The notes under the pieces are model-generated. The model did no database searches and was not told the DNA's origin. It saw only the letters and a list, made by a program, of their open reading frames with translations. Below, piece by piece: positions 53,801 to 64,000 of a DNA stretch of 64,000 nucleotides. Position numbers and translations under genes: made by a program. Every line of letters begins with the position of its first letter. Positions within the stretch are counted from its first letter, which is position 1. The DNA comes from Trichoplax adhaerens (Eukaryota > Animalia > Placozoa): positions 5,006,336 to 5,070,335 of the forward strand of contig NW_002060948.1 in NCBI RefSeq assembly GCF_000150275.1, given 5' to 3'.

Positions 53801-55561
53801 AATGATTCTATAGCTATGGCTTAAATGCTTTATACAAGCCTAAATTTAACCGATGAGTAAAAAAGGATCAATGGATGAGACTGTTTTCTTTCGCAAAGAC
53901 CCAAACTTGATCTCAAAATAGAAGTAGAAGGCAATCATTCTGGTTAAATTATTACAACAAGATTGCGTTTCCATCATACGTGTATTCTTGTGCGAATAAG
54001 TACTGATCCTAAGTTGATCATTATCAATTCTATCTTATTTTTGCTTTGCTAACACTCGATATTAAACCTTTTACTTGTTAAAAAGGATAAGATTACTTCA
54101 TTAGAGATGAGCATGGATCTAAGTATGTTACGATCGCTTCAGTTGCAGTATCATCGTCTACTGCAGAATAGAACTTTTACTTATTATACATGGATAAGAT
54201 TACTTCATTAGATGTGGAAGTAAATTTGCATGTAACTTTGCCATTTTCATAGCAATACTTATTTTACAGGAGTTTAAATCTATTTTATGACTTTATGCAA
54301 GAAATTGAGTACCTCTACTCGTAAAACTCAGTACACTTGCTCTGCAATGGATGCTATTCATCCCGAACATGATTAAATCAGCTTTAACGAAAAAGAATAC
54401 TTATTCTACTTCGCTTTTAGAACTACAATCTAATATCCAATTGATCTGATCATTTTATATAGTGTGATTACGTCTGTTAATAGTGCAGTAATCAAAACTT
54501 TTCATCAAATACAATTTATTCATATCAAGCCATAGCTTACTATACAGTTCTTTGTTTTATCTTGGGAAATACTGATAGTTACCAGCATTGCGGTACAGGT
54601 GGGTCTATTTTCTTAAAATTGATCATCATTTTTTTTATTACGGATTAAGTTAACGGTTACATCATAATCAGAAGATTTTTTCGAAATTAATTGTTCGATT
54701 GTGGCTTTAATTTAAAGCCAGTAAGATTTAGAAGAGAAAGGATAAACATATTGACATATATGTCATATGCTTTACAAGATTCTTTTCCAGTTCCATGTCA
54801 ATCATACAAAATAGAATACTGTGCAAATTTTTGGGTGGTTTATTCCTGCTTGCATGCTCATATTAAAGTCAGAGTTCGTTTAGACTGAAGGATGATATAT
54901 CATGCGATGATGCAAATGGTTTATTGGTATGACTAACGTAGTACCAAATGTTTGAAGAAAAAATTGAAATGCACTTATAAGGGGAGGAATTGAATATATT
55001 AGTCTTATTTTCCTTATCACAAGCAGAAGTAACTTAGATCATAGGATAAGAAAAATGATGTTCTAATTTGCATGATATTAGATATTTATAATAAGTAAAA
55101 CCTAATAATTATCCTAGGTACAGCTAACGATATCTTTCACAACAGTAATAAAACAACATTACTGAAAGTAACTTTGGGAATTAATTAATGCATAGCATAA
55201 TTCGATTTGATAGGGTACCAATAGCATAGTATTGACGCTGGTCATTATTGTTGTTTCTTTTTTAGGGAATAATTTGTTTACTGTCTCAGATCATACAATA
55301 ATGTATCGCTGTATATTGTAAGAATAATATTTTGATTCTTCAAAACGATTGCCCATAACCTAAAAGGATCTTTCTAATAGCGTTGGTATGATTGAGCAAC
55401 AGAAGCGATCATTTTCCTCTTTTTCAGTTAAACTATTAAAGTCGTAGTAGTAACTGTATCTTAGTGGTAGTATTACTTACTACTCTACAGAAGCTGTAAT
55501 GAATATCATGATATATCTGTTACAAATCATTACACTTGAATAATTGTAATACTCGTATATA

Positions 55562-55621
55562 TGTTACGGTAAAAGTGAGCATTAGGCGCGCATTCGCCTA
55601 GTGCTCACTTTTACCGTAACA
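55562..55621. mobile_element. 60-bp foldback mini-element with TGT...ACA termini and TATA flanks (MITE-like)
   Basis: tgttacggtaaaagtgagcattaggcg-cgcatt-cgcctagtgctcacttttaccgtaaca: 27-bp arms with one mismatch, flanked on both sides by tata(ta). The hairpin is certain; the mobile-element call is inferred. Confidence 0.55.
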
Positions 55622-56649
55622 TATATACTGATTGAAAATAGAGATGAAATTCAGGATAATGATTTCTTCTTCTTTTAAGCCAATAAGAAGCGTATCTTAG
55701 GTATTTATTTACCAATAATAATTGGATTGTACAATTAGTACCTTAGTACTATCTATTCCTAAGAATGCCCTAAATATCAAAAGATTTTATTAAATTCAAC
55801 GTATTATTCAGCAATGTTTTTTAATCTTGATCATTTATAAATAAACATTTCTAGAAAAAAATAAACGATGATTATACAGCCTCAGGCAAACTTTATCATC
55901 TATTCTTTAAAATTGTATGATCTACAACCTACGCAAATAGTGCATCGTTATTTAGATAAAAAAATAGCATGTTCTCCATTCTGTTCTATTTGACATATAC
56001 GTACACCAGATTGCACTTCTAACAAACTTGACCTTAACGAAGAGGAGCTAGTCCCATTAATAATGTTAAGGCTAGCAATTTGTTGCAATGATGAACTAAT
56101 TGCTAATTGGTTATTTAGCAATGGGGCTGCCTTAGGCTAAGGTGGATAGATAATCATTGATTCATTTACTAGTATGAGATTCTATATATTTTAATTTGTT
56201 GATGGAGATGGGGTCTTGCATTGCACGGATATAAAGCAATTTGGTAATGGGGACCGCATTAATTAGTTATCCGCGGTCTGCTGTATTGAAATTATGACTG
56301 TACTTGCTAAAGGTCTCTTTAATTAATGCATTAAAGTGTTGATGTACTGAAAGAACTTTCGTAGAAGTACCTATGCTGTAGATTACTATGACTAGATAAA
56401 CTCGAGAAATACATAAAGATTCATCGATATAAATCATGAATAGACCGTTATGGATATTCATGAATGGAAATAGCATTAATCATGCTCATGTTTTGCTTCA
56501 AAAACTTCCTGATATGCTTAATGACTGTTTCTTAATTATTAATAAGTAACGGTGGCTTTAAAGTCAATCCATCAAATTACACTATAAAATAAAGAACTCT
56601 AGTGGGTTAGATGATATTCAGCTACTATAAAAATTATAAGCCAAGCCTA

Positions 56650-56705
56650 TGTTAAATGAGCACATTATCGTAAACCGTCAGCAAAGCGACGGGAGTTTGC
56701 ACTAG
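56650..56705 (+). mobile_element. Helitron-like 3'-terminal fragment, solo copy
   Basis: 56 bp identical to 38982-39037; sits between A (56649) and T (56706) with no target duplication; subterminal hairpin plus CTAG end. Confidence 0.65.
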
Positions 56706-56894
56706 TATATTGTAAATAAGGCTAAAGGAAATACTGCTAAAGAACAATAATTAAATGCAATATCAAATTAAAATCTGTTGAATTTTCTTAATCGAGGAAT
56801 TAAGTCCTATAAATGTTTTGAGTACAATTAATAAGTATGGAAAAATGGAAGCCTTACGTTAAAACAGCAAATATATCACGGTGAAACGTGTATC

Positions 56895-57560
56895 ATTGAT
56901 CCTCTATACTGTAGAAGGGAACGTATAAAGCTGTCATTTTCAATCAATGAAGAAAGTGCAATTGATCCTCTACACTGTACTGTAGAAGGGAAAAGTATAA
57001 AGCTGTCATTTTCAATCAACGAAGAAAGTCTAATTGATCTTCTACACTAAAGAAGGGAAACATATTTCTTCATTGATTTTCAATCAATGAAGAAAGTCCA
57101 ATTGATCCTCTACACTGTAGAAGGGAAAAGTATAAAGCTGTCATTTTCAATCAGCAAAGAAAGTTTAATTGATCTTCTACACTAAAGAAGGGAAACGTAT
57201 TTCTTCATTGATTGAAAATCAATGAAGAAAGTCCAATTGATCCTCTACACTGTGGAAGGGAAAAGTATAAAGCTGTCATTTTCAATCAACGAAGAAAGTC
57301 CAATTGATCTTCTACACTAAAGAAGGGAAACGTATTTCTTCATTGCTCCTCTACACTGTAGAAGGGAAAAGTATAAAGCTGTCATTTTCAATCAACGAAG
57401 AAAGTCTAATTGATCGTCTACACTAAAGAAGGGAAACGTATTTCTTCATTGATTTTCAATCATTCTTCATCGATTTTCAATCAATGAAGAAAGTCCAATT
57501 GATCCTCTACACGATAGAAGGGAAATGTATTCTTCACTCATTTTCAATCAATGAAGAAAG
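56895..57560. repeat. Tandem array of ~60-70 bp units with two alternating variants
   Basis: Type a: attgatcctctacactgtagaagggaaaagtataaagctgtcattttcaatcaa.gaagaaagt; type b: attgatcttctacactaaagaagggaaacgtatttcttcattgattttcaatcaatgaagaaagt; about ten units. Confidence 0.93.
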
Positions 57561-58582
57561 TAGGAGTACAAGCCAGGGAATTATAGAAAAAGGCTTTTCT
57601 TCCTGACCTTCTATGACCGAAGTAAACAGCAATTCGCTCGAAAGAGCGATTTGTCCATTTTGATTTCACTAGCTGTCTCGTGTACTCGTCAAAAGTGATA
57701 CAAGCCTTTATAACGATCTCGACACTTTCATACAGTATACTACCATACTGTACTTTCGCCAAAAACCCTACTTTGATAGGGTACTGTATAGAACGTAGGA
57801 AATCGGGTTCAATATTACGCAAATAGCACTATCCAATCAATAATCTACTATGGCACTATTGAATTTCATATTGGCACACCGGTGTTGCACTAATTCCTCT
57901 TGGATTGATGAAAATATTTTAGAATTCTTTCTAGTTTAGTTTACAAATTACAGGACTAGTAGAACATTCCACTCCTCCTGTTTAGAGCTCTGTAAGGGCT
58001 GCTCTTATTGGCTGTAGCCTTATATGTGAATTTCTATCGATTAAACTAGGCTTGATCTCCCAATTTTCTTGGTAAGCAAGGGCAACTCCAAGTTAATCTC
58101 CTGGCTTGCAACAGAAACAACTTCTTCTACCTCTTCATCAGGTAATTTGAAATGAGACTTGTAAACTAGACCCTAAAGTTAGACATAAGTTAACCGAGAA
58201 TTATAGCTTATGTAGGAGTGATTAACTTAGGAAATGCCTGCAAAGTATGTCGTTGATGTTAGCTTACACCTTTCACAATATTGTAGTGTTATAAAGGAAA
58301 GCATTTATTAATTATTCTAATTGATGCGAATACAACTAGGGATAAAAAAGCAAAAAGTGAATGATGCATAATGTATGACAAGAAAGAAATAGTTTGGAAT
58401 TTGCTTGACACTCAATTTAGTAATAGACAGTTTCACTTTAACTTAGTTACCAATCCAGTAATGGCTGGTAAGCAGCTAACATCGATGCCAGTATGTGTTG
58501 ACTATCTGTTTGCGCGCCCGTCTTTAACATGATTATGCCACAATTGCTCTGATGATAGGTAAATTACTGTACTAGTCGCTCG

Positions 58583-61500
58583 ATGATGGAATTATCTCCA
58601 GGCAAGCTAATTGAACATGATTGGTATGAGAGTAATCAAGGCAGAGAATTTTTCAATTGTTTACTCAGAAAGCAGAAGCGAAGACAATTTGGTAAGGTTG
58701 AACTCCAATGACAGTTAGAATAAACATCCATTGCATAATAAAGTACAACATCAAACAAAAACAGATTGAAAATGCATAGCTAATTCAAGCTTGAATACAA
58801 CTTATGTATTACATATCAATCTTAATCTCAAATTGACCTGAAAAAAAATTCATTAAATCCATTTATAAGGTTAAGCTATTTCTGGGCAGTAGTTATTCGC
58901 TACCAATTCATTATGATGGACTATCTCCATCAAGTTTAACAATAACTCTTCGTCCTTTCAGGTGTACTCGAAAGACCAACATTTCCTTTAGGGATGTCAT
59001 CGGAAATACAGTCTTATAAATTATTCTTATATGGGAAGGCTGGCGTAGGCAAGACCAGCTTAATTTGCAAGTTATGTGGTTTAGGTAATCGTGTATACTA
59101 ACTTAAATTGGAACATTTGTTTTAGCATCAATGCATACTGTGGGATGCCGTTTGATTTTGTGCTCCTTACACTCTATTTTAAAAAAATGTAGTAGTAGAA
59201 GAAATAGTCATTTTAAAGGCAATAATACAGTATATGTCAGTGCATATGCAACATATATAAGTATGGAGCATCTTGCAAATTGTGTATGATGAATAAACCA
59301 TGGATTGTTTAGTGAAACTTGACTGATATTAATTGATTGTTTGGCTACAAAATTTTAATATCAAATCAGTCAGGTAGACAAAGATTGAAAAGCAATATAG
59401 CAATAGTTGTCAATTGAAGTCTGTCTTTAATTTCATAAATTTTTGCATTATCAGTTGCAATTTGTCGTCATGGAGCCACTTGTAAACTGTTGGCATTGAT
59501 TTAATATTATGTTAAAGTACTTAGAGACTTTCTGACAAAATTCAGTCATTCATATTGCACACCATGCAATACGAGAGATAAACATTCAACAAGCTCTAGG
59601 CTGTATCATAATACAATTAAATAATATTTTACTGTTATGATCATAGTCAGCTGCTTTATGCTGGGAGAAAGCTTTTGCAAGCCTCATTCTCCATAAATAC
59701 TTAATTTGTGTGTCATCCCTTGATTATACTCTAGTGGTCTACTATATCATTCTATACATTACTATTTTTAATATCATTGTGAAATAAACAACATACGATG
59801 TACATGCGTGCTAATATATCCAATTGTAAAATTATTTACCGTTGCTAGATATTCCTCAAATACACCATGAAACTCCAGGCTTACAAACATCTACTATTTA
59901 TTGGCCGGCTAAGGTAGATAAATAAACAATTTTTTATTATCTGTAGTTTGCTTTTCTGTGCATCTACGTAATTACATGCGACAACGTAGCCGTGCTCTAT
60001 ATTCCTCTATATCAGCTCTTTTTAACTGCAAGTATATAGTACGAATAACTTTTAGTTTGACTATAGTTTTAACTGTATTTCTTTTCGTTTAGCTTGTCAA
60101 CAGTAACGAAGTGATTACATTTAAATTTATTTTGTACGACGTTGGAGAATTTGCATTAAAGAAATACAATCATTTTCTTCCAGTAAGTTGAACATCGATA
60201 AGCATACACTAAGATTTAAATTACGATTAAGAATGGCTTTATTGGATTTAATTTATTCGAAAATACTGGACCCATCACCCAGTAAAATATTCAATTTTTG
60301 ACCCTTTTCTCCAGTAAATGATGGTTAGCTCTGCTCGCTAAATTGCATTTACAATCAAGATTCAATGCTGTGCTATGCACAAGTGTACTGTATGCAGTAT
60401 TGCATGTAACTGATGTTTTCAATTTTAATGTGCGTTACTATATACCGTTTCTGCTATGCTTAATTGCAAGTAAGCAAACCATCACGAAATTTTCGATCGT
60501 ATAACTCCGCAAAGAACTCGGTTGTTTGTGCTATAGTTACCATGGTCCCTACAACTCCTTACCGTACTAAACGGTATCCCTCACACGTGTACTGTAGTAA
60601 CTACAGCAGTAGAATTTTAATAAGTGGATACGGAGTGCAACTAAAACCGTCAAGAGCCACAACTCTAGTCTTGCCATCTTGTCTAAGTAGATCGAAGAGC
60701 TCATTGCATCCTTCATGATGAAATAGGTGGGGAAGAATGGAGGTCTCCAATGTCTGTAGTATTCCTACCCATACCTACGGTACAGTCAGTACAGTACACT
60801 GCGTTAAACAGTACAGCACAGTATACCGTAACACTATATTGCACCGTACTAAACTATACTGTACAGGAGTAGTCCATTGTTGTAAATTAAATTTAAAAGT
60901 TGAACAGACAACATTCAATTATCAATTTATGCCATGCATAGTGAAAAATGTTGAATCATTTAAGGCTAAACTCGATTGCTAAAACATTTTGCAACGATGT
61001 CGGAAGTGGGTTGCGGCTCGTATCTGATTTCAGAGTGAAATAAATTACAAATTTGTACCAGGGAACTTTGGGAGCCTCCTTAGCGCAGTAGGCAGCGCGT
61101 CAGTCTCATAATCTGAAGGTCGTGAGTTCGATCCTCACAGGGGGCAGGATTTTTTTGGTGAATTTTTTTTCCTTTCCTCCATTCTTTTTCCTGATCTCGA
61201 TTTTAGGTCCAAATCAATAACCGTGAAAACTGTTAGCTATACGATTTCTAGATTTACGTTCAGAATTTATAGTTATATTGTCGCTTACCGTGACTATTCA
61301 GCAGCTAATTTCAATCGCTGAACGAGTCGCGTTAAATTAATTTACATAGTGCACGGTGGGCCACAACCTTGTCAAAATATCATTTTGTCAAGTTGCTGAA
61401 ATTCAAGAATTTAATAGAAATTGGTTGTTTCTGTGTTTGCCTAACTTGAAAAGTAACCAACAATATTGAATAATTCACGGTGCTACTGTACGCAAAAATG

Positions 61501-63696
61501 TCCCTGAAATAGTAAATGACTAACGCGGGTCCACAGCGAGGTCACACCACTGGTTAATGATCAACTTTGAAACCTTTGACCGCTTCCGGATTGGTGTTAA
61601 AAAAGAGTCTGCCTGTAATAATATTACCCTTTAGGCCTTTACCCTTACTCTAGCAGCTAATTTCAATCGCTGAATCGGTTGACTGAATTAAATTATAAAT
61701 TAGTATGTATGGCCTGCTATTCAGCTGATTTTTCTGACATCGGTTTTACAGTTAGTTCCAAATCATCAAACTAAACCGTTGGACTATTTTATTTCCAGAT
61801 TTGCATTAAGAATCTTCAAATAATATTGCCGTTTACCATTACTGCAGTAGTTAATTTCAATAGCTGATCGAGTGGTGTTCAATTAGTATGTATGACCTAC
61901 TATATGTACAGTGTACAAGTTTACAGTGTATACTATATGTACGTTCATGCTATCGATTTCAGCCCAATCATTTTGGCTATTTCGTAATTGGATAAATGAA
62001 TCAAGATTCATTAATCATATACTATTATCAGTACTTAGTCATTGTGCTGATTTCCCTGACATTGGTTTTGTTCTGAATCATCAACTTTTAAACCATTGGC
62101 CATACTATTGCCAAATTTTGCGTTAAGAATCTGTTATTATAATATCGTTTACCGTCATTTCAGATAATTCCAAATAGCTAAACGGGTGATGTTAAGTTAG
62201 CTGGATTTGTCAGGCATTTTTGTCCATACTATTTTGTGATCGGTTAATACTTAATCCTTGGCCTAATTTCCTTGACATTGGTTATAGTTTCAAATTATTA
62301 GCTATTTAACCCTGGGCTATGCTACTCCCAAATTGGGGTTAAGAATTTGTAATTATAGTGTCGTTTACCCTCACTTCAGTAATTTCAATCGCTGAAGGAG
62401 TGGTATTAAATAGCCGCCATGTCAGCTGGTATGGTACTATTCGTGTTATCGATTTAGCAAGGCAATTTTGCTGACGCTACGTGTGTTTCATAATCGGATG
62501 AAAGATATAAATGAATACTTAGTTATTGCACTCATAGATAAGTATCCCTATACACGTAAATGTTAAGAAGATACAGAAATTCAACTCAATGACTTCCGTC
62601 TTAGCTGTAGTACTGATATTGTGATCTATTAATTTATGAACAAATAATTAATTAATCTAGGCTTGCATAGAAAAAGTAGATGCTGTTATCTTTACCTTCT
62701 CGTTCGTTGACAGGTAAGTGTTGAAGACTAACCGACATACTGTACCTTATATACGTGTATACTCTTATTGTAGTTATATACGGTCACAGTAAAATGATTG
62801 CTTGTATCACAATGATCATTAGCTTCTCCAATCAAGTCTATTTCGCTAGCAATTGCTAAATGAATAATTAAGTTACCCATTGTAGTAGTTCAACTGACAT
62901 GACAAACTGGTCATATCGTCTAGACAAAATAGAGAACAATCTAAGCCAGTGCCAATATTATACCAAAGTTAAATATCACATATTTTAATCACCAAGTTAT
63001 TTTTTAACATTTAACTTTAAAATTGTTATTTTCAATTATCTAGGGCTAGCTTTGATGATCTTACAAATTCTGTGAGTGGTCTCATTTAAAGTCTAGTAGA
63101 AACTTCCCTTGTTGATTAATTTAAATGATACTAATTTTAAAACAATAACAGGTTGATAATTTAGCCTTGCCAGAAAAGTCGACGCTAAAAATTGTTGTTG
63201 GGACTAAATATCCGATCTTAACATCTAGATCTTAAAGCGTTATTTCAAACTCTCTGCATATTTATATAGTATTTATATTCTTTGCGATATTGAAACAGTA
63301 TTGATTAAAAGTGTCCTTAACGGGTTATAAAGTATGACCAATTCATGTATAGTGAAATTAGCGAGAGAGAATTACACGAATTTGAACAGGAAAGGAAAAT
63401 AACTGCCTTCAAAATGAAGAATATTTGCTCTAAATTGCCTGACGGTAACTTAGATGCTTGGGCTAATATCCATGTAGGTGTAAAACTAGCTTCAGACTTA
63501 TCAACGATTCAAAATATTCTACAGTTGAAACAATATTAACACGCTTAAAAGAAACTAACGCTCTACTAATTTATCCTGGTACATTCTTAATATGTCTTTT
63601 TATCTATTGACTAAGGATACTTCAACGTTCCTAAATAATCTCTGTGAACAACTACTTCATAGGGATCGGATAGCAGCCAGACATAGAATTAATTGA
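58583..63696 (+). CDS. CPLANE2: Ciliogenesis small GTPase RSG1/CPLANE2, 9 exons (58583-58691, 58962-59084, 59849-59913, 60093-60183, 62661-62713, 63044-63071, 63152-63207, 63332-63473, 63616-63696)
   Basis: Spliced protein: DWYESNQGREFFNCLLRKQKRRQFGVLERP, YKLFLYGKAGVGKT (P-loop), HHETPGLQTSTIYWPAK, FILYDVGEFALKKYNHFLPAC, FTFSFVDRASFDDL, IVVGTKYDQFM, FLNNLCEQLLHRD. Colinear with the RSG1 sequence as I recall it. Largely invisible in the ORF track. Confidence 0.9.
61074..61146 (+). tRNA. tRNA-Met (CAT), elongator type, inside RSG1 intron 4
   Basis: GCCTCCT/AGGGGGC acceptor stem, D arm GCGC..GCGC, anticodon arm TCAGT-CTCATAA-TCTGA, T loop TTCGATC; G1:C72 and TTC loop indicate elongator rather than initiator. 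Confidence 0.97.
61150..61156 (+). terminator. RNA polymerase III oligo-T terminator of tRNA-Met
   Basis: T7 run 3 nt after the discriminator base; a second T run follows near 61163-61170. Confidence 0.85.
61200..62415. repeat. Old degenerate repeat, ~5 copies, in RSG1 intron 4 downstream of the tRNA
   Basis: Anchor ...ttaagaat...gtcgtttacc...aatttcaatcgctga recurs near 61308, 61659, 61854, 62167, 62381 with irregular spacing. Confidence 0.7.
63208..63331 (+). other. Probable U12-type (minor spliceosome) intron with AT-AA termini
   Basis: 5' end ATATCC; branch site TCCTTAAC at 63314-63321, 10 nt before the 3' end; removal restores GTK|YDQ of the G4 motif; no GT donor fits. Confidence 0.8.
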
Positions 63697-64000
63697 TTAT
63701 TGGTCATGCATACACAAATCTCTATGTTCTTGGACAAACGCTCGTATCCAGTGCTGCAAAGCATAATCAGTAAAAGTCATATAGTGCTAAGCTTGAAATG
63801 TTTTGAGGTATTCACTCTTTGGCCTCAAATATTACTCCCGTGATACTAAATCAACGCTTAGCATTATTTCTGTAGAAAATAATTGTATAAAATGTATATA
63901 TACTCGTATACGTATGTATACTGTAGGTAGTAACAATGTTGGTAAATAGACTTCTAACATTGTACAGTAAAATACTATCCGTTCATTTTATCTCATCCAG

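Noticed and set aside
48000-55500. Hidden genes or upstream receptor exons in the long AT-rich interval
   Set aside because: Only short ORFs without motifs; a candidate donor near 52049 has an in-frame stop and no ATG upstream.
57950-58470. Splice-like signals upstream of the RSG1 ATG (possible 5' UTR exons)
   Set aside because: Plausible, but cannot be supported without transcript data.

Overview
AT-rich eukaryotic genomic DNA with compact, intron-rich genes and mostly 60-300 bp introns. Gene content points to an early-branching animal; it looks placozoan (Trichoplax-like), but that is my inference and not shown by the sequence. Manual splicing gives eight protein-coding genes: an apparently intronless F-box/ankyrin gene spanning an assembly gap (-), a spliced piggyBac-derived gene lacking two of three catalytic Asp (+), GMP synthase (+), RNA polymerase II subunit RPB4 (-), a mitochondrially targeted class I (Fe-S) fumarate hydratase (+), USP5/13 (-), a SEA-like/family-2 7TM receptor with no GAIN/GPS domain (-), and RSG1/CPLANE2 (+). 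RSG1 carries an intronic tRNA-Met(CAT) and a minor-spliceosome-like AT-AA intron. Non-coding highlights: unrelated tandem arrays upstream of five gene starts, a recurrent 5-bp-periodic GTAC-rich promoter signature, a tiny Helitron-like 3'-end element in three copies (two acting as an alternative cassette inside a tandem array), a 60-bp TGT...ACA foldback element with a TATA target duplication, a loop micro-inversion between repeat copies, and a triplicated 3' splice site in GMPS. All coordinates and exon models were read by eye; no searches were run.
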